From Callorhinchus milii (taxonomy: Eukaryota): DNA of 64,000 nucleotides. The position numbers and the translations under genes were made by a program. Below, in pieces: positions 27,367 through 39,082 of this stretch. Numbering within the stretch: the first letter of the stretch is position 1; each line of letters opens with the position of its first letter. The DNA is taken from NCBI RefSeq assembly GCF_018977255.1, contig NW_024704743.1:40488001-40552000 (forward strand), in the 5' to 3' direction. The notes beneath the pieces are model-generated. The model was not told the DNA's origin and searched no databases. It worked only from the letters and a program-made list of their open reading frames with translations.

Positions 27367-28293
27367 TAGTTTAAAGCTTTATTTACGTCTCTATGTATTC
27401 GGTTTGCTAAAACATTTGTCCCAGCCCAATTTAAGTGGAGCCCAACTTTTTGAAATTAGACCCCTTTTCCCCCAATACTGGTGCCAGTGGCCCATAAAAT
27501 AAATCCCCTGCGATCCGCACCATTCCCTCAGCCATGCATTTAACTCTCTAATTTGCTTATTCCTGTACCAATTTGCACATGTCAAAGGTAGCAATCCTGA
27601 TATCACTACCTTTGATGTTCTTTGTTTTAATTTAGTTCCCAGCTCCTTGAACTCCCTCCTCAAATCATCACAACTAACCCTACCTATGTCATTGGTATCC
27701 AAGTGATGTACCACCAATGGATCCTCGCCCTCATGTTTTAGATTCTCCTCCACCCTGCCGAGATGTCCTTCACCCCGGCCCCAGGAAGAAAGCAGCCTTC
27801 GGGTCTCCTGGTTGCGGCTGCAGATAAGTGTATCTGTCCGCCTGATAGTCTCATCCCCGATTACTACAACTTTCTGTTTGTTTCCCCTAATGTTGAAATC
27901 ATGTTTTCCTTCCTCCTCACAGGCTTCCTTGTCCACACAGGTTGCAAGGATCTCGTACCTGTTGACCAAGATTAAAGCCTGAGGCTTCACTACCACTCTC
28001 TGGTGTTCCCTTATCCTCCTGCCTGTCAGACACCCTATCCTGTCCTTGACTGATACTATTCTCTATACATTCCCTGAGCCTCAGGGGAGTGACTGGCACC
28101 AGGATGAAACTATCCAGGAAGCACTCACTGTTCCTGATACTGTGCAATGTTTGCCACGGGTTCCAGCTCAGACACTCTGGGGCTGGAGCTGCCTCAGTTG
28201 CAGACATTTGGTGCGGGCGTGGTCGCCCGGACTCAGACTGCCCTCCAGCAACTCCCACATGTTACAGTCGTCACACAACAGCTGCCGCGCCAT
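27367..28293 (-). pseudogene. CR1 ORF1 (zinc finger/coiled coil + SGNH/GDSL esterase-like), frameshifted
   Basis: ATG at 28293 reads MARQLLCDDCNMWE...TKCLQL; downstream VVVIGDETIR, HLDTNDIG, VVISGLLP, NAWLREWC, FMGHW. Confidence 0.85.
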
Positions 28294-28603
28294 TGTCCCC
28301 TCTCCCACCCCCACTGTCTGCACACAACGCTGGCCACGCCATTGCCACCTCTCCCACCCCCCCCTGTGAATTAAAGTTTTATTTAATTAATTATTATTAT
28401 TTTTTGAAAGTTAAATTCTTAATCTTTTTTTTAATTTATTTTATTTCAGTGTGGTTGATTAGCAGTTAGTGTTAGTTTACTGTTAGTTAGTTAGTAAGTT
28501 AGTAAGTAGTCAGTGTTAATTTACTCTTTCAGAATGTTTTGATTGTGACGTTGCTCTGACGTCACTTTTTAATTTTCCCGCTGGTCGCTTGTTTTTTTAT
28601 CGC

Positions 28604-29779
28604 TCTCCTCGCTCTGCTCCTGACTGGCTGACTGCTCTCCTCACTCTCCTCACTCTGCTCCTGACTGCTCGCCTCGCTCTCCTTGCTCTCCTCGCTCTGC
28701 TCCTGACTGCTCGCCTCGCTCTCCTCGCTCTGCTCCTGACTGCTCTCCTCGCTCTCATCGCTCTCCTCGCTCTGCTCCTGACTGGCTGACTGCTCTCCTC
28801 ACTCTCCTCACTCTGCTCCTGACTGCTCGCCTCACTTCCTCGCTCTCCTCGCTCTGTTCCTGACTGCTCGCCTCGCTCTCCTTGCTCTGCTCCTGACTGT
28901 TCGCCTCGCTCTCATCGCTCTCCTCGCTCTGCTACTGACTGGCTGACTGCTCTCCTCACTCTCCTCACTCTGCTCCTGACTGCTCGCCTCACTCTCCTCG
29001 CTCTCCTCGCTCTGCTCCTGACTGCTCGCCTCGCTCTCCTCGCTCTGCTCCTGACTGCTCGCCTCGCTCTCCTCGCTCTCATCGCTCTCCTCGCTCTGCT
29101 CCTGACTGGCTGACTGCTCTCATCACGCTCTTTGCTCTGCTCCTGACTGCTCGCCTCGCTCTCATCGCTCTCCTCACTCTGCTTCTGACTGGCTGACTGC
29201 TCTCCTCACTCTCCTTGCTCTGCTCCTGACTGTTCGCCTCACTCTCCTCGCTCTCCTCGCTCTGCTCCTGACTGCTCGCCTCGCTCTCCTCGCTCTGCTC
29301 CTGACTGCTCGCCTCGCTCTCCTCGCTCTCATCGTTCTCCTCGCTCTGCTACTGACTGGCTGACTGCTCTCATCACGCTCTTTGCTCTGCTCCTGACTGC
29401 TCGCCTCGCTCTCCTCGCTCTCCTCATTCTGCTCCTGACTGGCTGACTGCTCTCCTCGCTCTCCTTGCTCTGCTCCTGACTGCTCGCCTCGCTCTCATCG
29501 CTCTCCTCGCTCTGCTACTGACTGGCTGACTGCTCTCCTCGCTCTCCTCATTCTGCTCCTGACTGGCTGACTGCTCTCCTCGCTCTCCTTGCTCTGCTCC
29601 TGACTGCTCGCTTCGCTCTCATCGCTCTCCTCGCTCTGCTCCTGACTGGCTGACTGCTCTCCTCACTCTCCTTGCTCTGCTCCTGACTGTTCGCCTCGCT
29701 CTCATCGTTCTCCTCGCTCTGCTACTGACTGGCTGACTGCTCTCCTCGCTCTCCTCATTCTGCTCCTGACTGGCTGACT
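28604..29779. repeat. Complex modular tandem array at the CR1 5' end
   Basis: About 1.2 kb built from CTCCTCGCT, CTGCTCCTGACTG, GCTGACTG and CTCGCCTCGCT modules. Confidence 0.95.
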
Positions 29780-30949
29780 GCACCGCTTTGAAGTGTCAGT
29801 CTAAGCTATATGAGTTTGAAGTGGAGCTTCAACCCACAATCTTCTGACTCAAATGAAAGTGTCCTAGCAACTGAGCCAGGCTGAGACCCGGCTAGAGGGT
29901 TGGATATGTGCTGCTGTAAGCAGATCAGTTTTTCTTACTATGTAATAATTCTCGTCTTTGATGTAGCAGCACCTTTCACGTAGGGAGGACACTGTACAAT
30001 GCAATGACTGAGTCACTACAATGAGCCTGGCTGACCCCTATTTCCAGCAGTAGAGGAATATGGAGAAGGAAGCCAGTGAATTTATATTTTATGCCTCACA
30101 TTACATTCCACTGAGGCTAAGTTGAGCATGCGCAGATGATTAAAATTAGCTATTAGCATTTGAATGCTATTTAAAAGCCAAATGCTCAACAGACTTCTCA
30201 TAAAATGAGAAAATGGTCAGTGCATAATTCTCGGTGCATTGAGGGCCACAGGGGAGCTGAGGATAATTCAGTTTACACCCACATTGTTTATGCTGCAGCA
30301 GTGTGAATCGAACTATTCCTCCAGGTAGTCTCAGGAGCAGAGTGCCTGTGTGATTCTCGCTGACTAAATTACATTCATACTAAATGTTTTGTTACAAATC
30401 TTTGACAAAATCACAGTTGATAATTTGCCACAAAACAGCTGCACATGAAGCAATCTTAAAGGTATCTTTCACTTTAACCAGAGATTAACTATAATGAAAA
30501 GCGTGGAATCAGCATGTAAACCAAGCAAACCTATTTCTTCATTTATGTTTTGCTTGTTTGTAAAATGAAATTACATATTGATATTTAGCAGAGAGATGGA
30601 GAAGTGAGCGAGAGGAAGGAGTGAGATAATTTAATAGAAAAGGGAAACTCTAAATTTTTAAAATCTGAAGGAGAGAAATCTCTTTCATAGGGTCAAATTA
30701 CAGTGAACAGAATTTCTTAACAAGGAAACTGGAAGTATGTCATTCCAAGTGAAACTATTTTAACAAAAAATGAGAGAGTGTTGGACTACATTTTTTAAAG
30801 TTCCTAAAAGGTTACTGATCAGTCTGCTATTAGTAATAAAACCTTAGAAAGAAATACACACTTTGAGACAATTAAAATTGAGTGATTGGATGTTGTGTTA
30901 GAATAAATGCTGATTGAGAAAGGGGAAAACAGAGTGAAGATGAGAGAGA

Positions 30950-31130
30950 GAAAAAAGGTAGAAGTTTATATACCTGAATAAAGGTAATAAAAAAGAAATT
31001 GGACTGTTTGAGATACTAGTTTCATGTACAAAAAAGCTTGATGCTGTGATAATAGAGTGGGTATTCTGGAGGGGTGGGATCAAATGGGACAAAGGGCCTT
31101 CTTCATACAAACCTATCTTGTGATCTTGTG
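30950..31130 (+). mobile_element. Old CR1 3' end
   Basis: AAAAAAGCTTGATGCTGTGAT...GGGCCTTCTTCAT...ATCTTGTGATCTTGTG. Confidence 0.65.
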
Positions 31131-31321
31131 AAAACCATCTTTTATGAACAGTAAGCCATTAAATTGTTTATTGTCTACAATAATAACAACAACTACTTGT
31201 ATTTGTATAATACTCTTCACATAGGGCAGTGGCTCAGCTATCTTAAATAGCATTTATTTAGTCAGCAAGATTTATGGAAACAACAACAAAATTATATTTG
31301 TATAGTGCCTTGCATGTCGGG

Positions 31322-31830
31322 AGGCATGAAAACCCATCACCATGCTTAGGAGTAGCTAAACCATACTGAGAGTTCCATACATTTATATTTTACCACTTCC
31401 TACATATAGACATTGCCTTGTGTCTGCAATGGAATAGAATGTGCATTCTGGAGAGACTCGGCCTGCTTGCCTGAATCTGAAAGTATTAGGAGCAGCTTGG
31501 TAAGGGCCAAGCCAGGTGCTGACCCCAAAATGTGCATTGGGGGCACTGCTATTACCAACCCACACATTCGGGTTTGGGTTTCCGGAATTAGCAGGAACTG
31601 AGTAGGAAGAATCACTGCACCCAGTGACTAGCCTGCCCTCCAACACTTACCACAAGCCAGACTGTCTGGTTTGCCATCAGAAGTACCTTGGAATACTGTG
31701 TACCAGCCTGGCTCAGGAACCAGCCAACTGAGACCATCACAAAAGTTGATTTGATTCCAATATTCCATTGCCAGGCTTGTCACCTTGTAGCTATCTCAGC
31801 TCCAAGAATAACCCACTTACTTTCCCCACA
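31322..31830 (-). repeat. Family A unclassified repeat
   Basis: AAACCCATCACCATGCTTAGGAGTAG...GGAATAGAATGTGCATTC...CTTGGAATACTGT...GCCTGGCTCAGGAAC...AGCTCCAAG. Confidence 0.75.
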
Positions 31831-33183
31831 AGGAGGAAAGTTAATTATTTACTCCATTATCAATAATATTCACCCAATTTATAGCAGCATTTTCTTCAGG
31901 TGAAAATAGTGTCTTACATGGTTTAGGAAAAACAGATAAATAAGAAACGAACAAAGTCATAAACGTTGGCATTTGATCAGCAAACAAACTGATATTATAG
32001 AATTATACAGCACAGAAGGAGGCCATTCGGCCGAATATGACCTGACTTAAAAAATGAACATTTTGAATTACTTGTACAACATGCACTTATTCACTCACGG
32101 TAGATCGAAGTTTGAATTAAAACACTATTATGCAACATATCTTTCACAAGAGTCTGCTGAAGTGTGAAAGATGCTTGACATGTTTGGATGTGATTTTATA
32201 CCATAGGCTGAGTAATGAAATAGCAAAAAGTGGAAAGAATATTACACATCAAAATTATACATTTGAAGTGCCTGGATCAGTATGTCTATTGTAATGATGG
32301 GACTGATGCTAAGTGACTTTCAATTCTCTGCCTGAATAAGTTATGTGTTTAAGTAGGGTTAACCGGAGTCAACTACTAGCAATGGTATTACAGACTACAG
32401 GTCCACAAAAAGTTAGTATGGGCTAATATTTGTGGTGTTTGATCATTTTAAAACAGAAAATTATTGTATAGCACAAATGTAAATCTATGAAGCCTATATT
32501 CCAAGTTTCCTAATAAATTGTTTCCTTGCATTCATGCCAAAAATAGTCACTATAAATCAACATTGGTTAATTTCAGTGCTATTATTTTATTATATCTACA
32601 TTAAATAACAATGGGGTGAAATTCCTTAACTTTGAAGTCCTGTTAGCTCTTCCAGAATTTACAAGAAACACACTTCAAATTTTGGGCTGTTTTTAATAGT
32701 TTAGAATAAATCTAGGCCCAAGTGCAATTCCTCCCCAAATGAGTTTTCGTCCTGTACCCTTTACACCTCTGAAATAGCATTAGTGATGTGTTAAATCTGA
32801 AATGATGAGATTGAACACAGAAGATCTTATTGTTATTAATGAACAAATCTAACATGAAGAAAATGTTTGCATCATATCAAATGTTTCTCAGGAGATTGTC
32901 AATATTGTTAGATTGTGTTGGTGAATGGCTTAGTTAAGAACAGAACAAGAATGAGTCGTTGACCATCAATGCATATTTGCCTTCAGATAGAATGCAGGAT
33001 AAGTTGTTTGGAAATTTGTAGACTTCATGTTCAAGATAACTTGCTGTTCCTAAATGATTTCTGACCCCAATTATCTAAGCAGCAGAAGAGAATATTATCT
33101 TATTACATTTTTTTCTCCTTTTAATGTAATTGCATCAAACCCATGTGTTAATGGTAATAACAGTCATTCTTATGTTAGAAAGT

Positions 33184-33208
33184 NNNNNNNNNNNNNNNNN
33201 NNNNNNNN
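33184..33208. other. Assembly gap (25 N)
   Basis: Run of n characters. Confidence 1.
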
Positions 33209-34320
33209 TCATGTCTTTGACAGCTCTTTTAAAAGAGCTATCTAAGTCAATCCCACTTCCCCACGCTCTCCCCACTAGCCTTGGAAACTTGTCCAAATAA
33301 TTATCTAAATCATGTTTAAAACTTGAGAAGTAAGAATATGAAGAGATATGGAAAATAAAAGGTGAGATATCGGACTAAAAGATTTAACGTCATCAACAAA
33401 ATAGTGTAACAGACTTGGCCAAAGGGTCAATTCCTGTTCCAATATTCCAAATCAGGTGTTAGATTAAGAGCATGAAATGACATCCAAATGTTAAAAGTTA
33501 TAAACTATTTCAATACAAATTTAATGGTATATCACTAGCAGAATTTGATGCCTCCCTGGCATTTTTAGTTTAATTAATTTCAGCATAATGTGTCTGCTAC
33601 AACTCCAGGCAATTAAAAAAAAGTGTTTTCTGTAAAAAAATGCTTTGAAATTTCAGGTACCTGCCTAGATTTCAAATTATATCACACCTTTTTGAAGGAA
33701 AGCCAGTTTTAGACTTTGCAGAATACCTGACAACTTGTTCTCCAATTGTAAGAAATTGAACCCTTAAAAATGGTGGCTTTATAAAATGTTAATTTACTCT
33801 CTGCCAAAAGATAAGAATGATATTCCTGTACAGCCTGTACAGTCAGTTGACCATACGAAAATGGGGAAAATCTATCAACCCAACAGTGCTGAATATTTAG
33901 TTAAGATTAAATGGATAATTGACAAGGAGCCAATGAGAGGAAGTATAAAAGCACAGTAGGAGTGGGTGTGTGACATAAACTGGGGCTTGATTTGAGAGTT
34001 GGGAAAGACAAAATAAAGAAGATACTAACACACCTGTGACTTGGATTGAGTTATATTACACACATTAGACAGTGGGAAATACTATAACTAAGATTATTGC
34101 TCTGGGCATTGATGTATGTGAGAAATTTCCATACCATTGCTCTAGTGATAGACTTTGGAAGAGTGGCAGTGGGAACCTGGGGAAAGAAATCTCTTCAAAT
34201 ACGTGTGCCCCTGATAAAGGTTTGACTGGCAACTCCAGGAGAGCCTCCTGAAACATAATTGGTAGGAGCAAATTGGATGTTGAGAAACTTGGTTATTTTA
34301 TTTTATTCCAGACTCTGATA

Positions 34321-35050
34321 CAACAACAACAACAACAACAAGATTCCATTTATAGAGCGCCTTTCCCGTCAGGAGGACGTCCCAAGGCGCTGCACAGTTG
34401 GGTCATGACCCGAGCAGGGGGGAAATGGTCAGGGTGAGGGGAGGGAAGGGAGGGAGAGAGGAGGGGGAATGGTCAGGGTGAGGGGAGGGAAGGGAGGGAG
34501 CGAGGAGGAGGAAGAGAGTCGAGAGGGGAGCTGAAGGCACGGTCAAAGAGAAAGGTTTTGAGAAGGAGGAAAGGGAGGAAGCAAGGCGAAGGCACTGGGG
34601 GATGGAGTTCCAGAGCCTGGGGCTGAGAGGCTGAAGGCCCGACCACCGATGGTAGGGCGGTTGGGGCGGGGGACGTGGAGCAGACCGGAGCCAGAGGAAC
34701 GGAGGGTACGGGCAGGTAGGTAGGGGGATAGTAGGTTGGAGAGGTAGGAGGGAGCAAGGCCGTGAATGGCCTTGTAGGTGAGGATGAGGATCTTGAAATC
34801 AATCCTCTGGGGGATGGGGAGCCAGTGGAGGCGAGCGAGGGTGGGAGTGATGTGATCGCGAAGCCTGGTGCGGGACAGTACACGAGCTGCAGAGTTCTGA
34901 ATGACTGCAGCTTGTGGAGGGAGGTGGCGGGAAGGCCGGCGAGGAGAGAGTTCCCATAGTCCAGCCTTGAGGTGACAAAGGCATGAACCAGGGTTTCAGC
35001 GGCGTGAGGGGTGAGGTAGTGCCGTAATCTGGCGATATTCCGGAGGTGAT
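34321..35050 (-). mobile_element. L2 LINE 3' fragment, relatively young (CpG-rich)
   Basis: (CAA)n tail, GCGCCTTTCCCGTCAGGAGGACGTCCCAAGGCGCTG, ORF2 C-terminus, ~36-bp tandem duplication in the 3'UTR. Confidence 0.93.
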
Positions 35051-35944
35051 GGACTTAAGTTAGAAAGAAGATTTCAAATCCATTTTCAGTCCTCTATATA
35101 AAAATTTAACCTAGTTATTATCACAATGAAAGGAAGAGGGATTAGCCAGTTGTTATAGATGATAGCATGCTAAGGGAACATTTAAGAGAATAACATGCTG
35201 GGAAGTATCTGTTTGCAGAGATATTGGAACAAGAACAAATTGACTATACATAATTTTAAAAATCCTATGAATGCTAAAAAATGTGTAAAATGTCTATGAT
35301 CACCCATATTATAAATTTATAAGATAAGGTGGTAAAAATAAATATCTAAAAATATAAAAAGAGGGACGTTGCTGTGAACAAATCAACTGTTGAGTTTGTC
35401 TACAAAATAAGTCACTGCACTTTACAGTAAATCATTTGATGTCCTCCCATTGTAAAGGCCGCTATATCAAATGCAAGGTTTATTCATTTATTTATTGCTA
35501 TATTTATGCAGATTATTGGAAATAGAAGTTTAGTTGGTGCCCAAATCATGTGGTAATCAAAGTCTAAACCAAATGCCTGTGAATTGGGCCGTGATTGAAT
35601 GAGGTTGGTAGAAGCTACTGGCAGGAATATTGTGTGAATAAAACAAAATTAATTGGATAGTAATTGCTCAACTCAAGGTTGGAAAAATCTGCTCAAAAGC
35701 TAGCCCGAAATGAGTTGCTTTTCAACCATGACAAGCTGAAAAGTAAAGCAAGTTAATAGCTTGCAAGAAACTTCATTCCATTTGTCCCTGCAACACAAAT
35801 CCTTCAATCCTGGTACATTTAATCACCTTTGGTTGGATGCAGGTCCTGATTTTCTAATGACAACCTTTTTTTCCAAGCTATAAAGTTTTCCGTGATGAAA
35901 AGTTCAGATATACGTTAAACGTTCCATTACACTATTTGAAAAGT

Positions 35945-36145
35945 GAAAGAAGTTTCTTCTGGTGTCCAAGCCCACAATCCTCCACATGTTTTAATCAATC
36001 ACTTCATGACTGTTTGCGGGATCTTGCTGGTGCAAGTGGCTGCTGCATTTGCTGACAGAAACAGTCACTGGACTTGACAGTAATTGCTTGTGAAGCACTT
36101 TGAGACATATTAATATGATAAGGCAATGTAAAATTGCAAGTACTT
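35945..36145 (+). mobile_element. Old Deu-type SINE 3' half
   Basis: GACTGTTTGCGGGATCTTGCTGGTGCAAGTGGCTGCTGCATTTG...GTGAAGCACTTTGAGACA. Confidence 0.65.
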
Positions 36146-36429
36146 CCTTTCTATCTCCCCAACTGTGAGAGAGTGTGCACTCCAGACAACCAAAGAGAAA
36201 TGTTGGTTCTGTGAGTTCTTGACAGCTGGAAAGGAAGATTCTTACAATAGAAAGGGGATCTTTGACCGTCAGGCATCCTGGTTCACTCAAAAAAAAAAAG
36301 TAAATATATCAACTTAATGCTACAATACCACTCAATCTACCATCAGCCTCTTCTTTATAATGCTACATGAGTTTTCAGTCCAACTAGGCAAATTTGCTAT
36401 CAATTCTGCTGTGTGCAAATTAGCTGCTG

Positions 36430-36875
36430 CATGGGGGATGTTAAGACCTTAAACAGGGTGCAGAGAAAATTTACAAGAATGATTCTGGGATGAAGGAGTA
36501 CGTTTAAAAGGAAAGATTGGAGAGGAATGGTCTGTTTTCATTGGAGCAAAGAAGGATGAGGGGAGACTTGATAGAGGCCTAAAAAATCATTTGAATTTTG
36601 TAAGGGTAAATGGAGAGAAGTTATTTCCATTAATAGGAGAGTGAGTAACTATGGGATATATGACAGCTGCAAGAATAGCGAAAGAAGAACTTAGGAGGAA
36701 TGTTTCCACCCAGAGAATAGGTTGGCATGTGGAACGCTTTGCTGAGTGCGGTGGCATTATAGCTTTCAAAAGGCAAGTAAACAGGCATATAAAAGAGGGT
36801 GGCATGAAGGGGTATGGGGATAAGGTGAGATAGTGGGACTGAAGCAATATCCTTCTGCGCTGTAGATTTCTATGT
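36430..36875 (+). mobile_element. Old CR1 3' fragment
   Basis: AGGGTGCAGAGAAAATTTACAAGAATGATT...GAGGGGAGACTTGATAGAGG...TTTCCACCCAGAGAATAG. Confidence 0.75.
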
Positions 36876-38419
36876 TTCTCCCAAACTCATTTTGATTATC
36901 ATTAATATTTCCTACAATGGTCTCAAGCATTTTCTTTATGCAGATGTTAAACTAACTGGTTTTTAAATTTCTAGGCTCAATCTGAATTATTTTATGAATT
37001 ATAGGATAACATTCGCTGTCCTTCATATTTGGTGTTCTCCTGGGCACAGATATAGATCCATTGTTTTCAGAACTCTTAAAAATTATGAGCCCAAACATTG
37101 AAGTGTATCCAGTTATTATTTCTGTTTCTTATAACACACTCTCTCTGAAACTACTTGTGTTAGAAATATAACAGCTGAACTTGACCAGCCTTCCTTTGTG
37201 AAACTTGAGAGTGAAAAATGTGACATTTCATAATCTGTTTCAAACATCAAACTTGTCTCCCTTTGATGTGAAAACTCTGTTTAATGCATGCATCGACTCT
37301 TGATCTTCCAATAAATCGCTTCATAACACACCCTTTAAAGGACCAATCTGCCATCTGGAAGTGTTCATCCATTTCCAAGTTACTGATCTATTTCTGGTGA
37401 CATTGAACATTAATGGGTAGAAGTTCTACCTGTACCTAGATTTACTTTAGCAACCTTCCATTTCAGAACATGTAGAATTTGTCAAATTCCTAAATCCAGT
37501 CTTTAATTTTGAAACCAATTATTGGAAGTTTATTTTAAGAACTGCAGAAAACAGTTATCAACGTTAAAACTGAATTCAACAATTTACTGAATTCTGCACA
37601 TTCTGAAATGTGACATTAATAAAGTTAAACTAGACCCAGTTATTAAACGTAATAAATCATCTGCTCTAGGATTCTGTGTCCCATATCATGCTACTAGGAA
37701 ATAGTCACTAATTACCTCTGGGAAATACTCCCAGTGTGTTCACCCTCCCTTGTTGATGCCCTTGGTCTGACCACTTTCTTCTGAAAATTTTAAATCTCCC
37801 AATTCTCATAATATGTCTCCAGTAGTCTATTGTTACTTGCCTGGACGATTCTCTTGTCTATTTGTTCAGCTTGAGCTGGAGGTCAATAGCAGCAACTAAT
37901 TACTATTCTATGGCTCTTATTGTTACTAATTTCTACCCAGATTGCTTCAGCCATCTCTCCTGATGTTAGCTCTCTCCTCTGTACAACTGTTCTTTCCTAC
38001 CTTATAAATAATGCCATTCCTTTTCTCAGCTTCACAGATAAATCATGTGGAAACATTTTCAACCTTCCTAGGCTGTGCCATGAACATTTGTTTCTCATAA
38101 TCTTGCTTCTGTGACACCGACAGTATTGATACTTTCATCAACTAGCATTTCAGTAATTCTAAATAATTCCCAAATTTTACTCCTGAGTATTCCTTGTATA
38201 TAGAAACTTTGAACTTATCCTTCAACAGATTTAACCATTTGTTTTATTTATCGCTCAATAGGAAGGGATGTGTATCTGAACTGTGGACAGGAAGATGGGG
38301 GCAATGTTCTCATACATTTCATACTGAGCTGTGTTGCCAACCAGGAAGATTTCTGGGAGTTCCTTGTGCCTACCATCCACCTAGTGAGGGCTCAATCCCG
38401 CACTTGTTGGATGTCAAAT

Positions 38420-39038
38420 GACCAACTCATGACTACCATCCTTGGAGAGGAGATAAGTGGGGTCTCCTTGGAGCTGAACTGGCTCCAAGGTGACATGTTT
38501 GGCAATGGAATGTCAGGATTGAGCCAGTCCTCTGTGGCAGTCTCAGTAATCCGATTCCTGAGCCAGGCAGTTCTACAGTATTCCAGGGCACTGCTGATGA
38601 CAGCACTGCCAGCCTGGCTCATCAGCACTACATGTGGCAGACCAGTCATTGCGGGCAGGGAGTCATCCCGCTCAGCTCACGTTAACCCTGCAAGCCACAG
38701 CCTAATGGGTAGAGTGGTCATAGCTGGACAAGCAGCAGGATAGCTTGTCAGGCAGTGCTCTCAATGGCAAGCAATGCAGTTTTAGTTGCTTAGACTCCAG
38801 AGGTACCCCAATGCATATTATGGCATCCTCAAGTCTTGGCTCTTGCCAACTTGCACCTAACACTTTCCAGAATTAGATTACCAGGATGGGTCCCTCCAGG
38901 GAGAGTGCATATCCCATTCCAATAAATATCTCTGGAATTTCCATGTGTAGGTGGGAAGCATAGAAATCTCAATTTAGTTTGGATACTCTTAATCAGGTGA
39001 TGGGTTTCTACATATGTCAAACACCCGGCTGACCAAAA
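38420..39038 (+). repeat. Family A unclassified repeat, longest copy (~620 bp)
   Basis: Collinear matches to six or more other loci in the window; ends CAAACACCCGGCTGACC followed by an A run. Confidence 0.8.
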
Positions 39039-39082
39039 AAACATTTTCCCTTTCACGGTTGATATCAACCTGTTCTATTTGT

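Larger units (their letters stand above)
26385..29779 (-). mobile_element. CR1 LINE with both termini, ORF1 and endonuclease, but RT internally deleted
   Basis: 3' tail (CATAAGAA)n at 26385; ORF2 C-terminus to ~26638 fused to endonuclease; ORF1; 5'UTR with tandem array; candidate 4-bp TSD GCAC (26381-26384 / 29780-29783). Confidence 0.9.
26165..29886 (-). mobile_element. Old Deu-type SINE split by the CR1 insertion (pieces 26165-26384 and 29780-29886)
   Basis: ...GCAGCACACTTCCAGCAC on the left continues as GCACCGCTTTGAAGTGTCAGTCTAAG...CAACTGAGCCAGGCTGA on the right. Confidence 0.75.

Noticed and set aside
28589..28789. Leu/Ala-rich ORF resembling a signal peptide or membrane protein
   Set aside because: Translation of the tandem array, antisense to the CR1.
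28604..29779. CRISPR-like array
   Set aside because: No unique spacers, eukaryotic context, no cas genes.
26099..30283. 56-bp repeats as TSD or LTRs of the enclosed CR1
   Set aside because: They lie ~230 and ~450 bp outside the element ends and lack LTR termini.
38270..38743. 157-aa ORF
   Set aside because: Lies mostly in family A repeat, has no recognisable motifs, and other copies show indels that would not preserve it.
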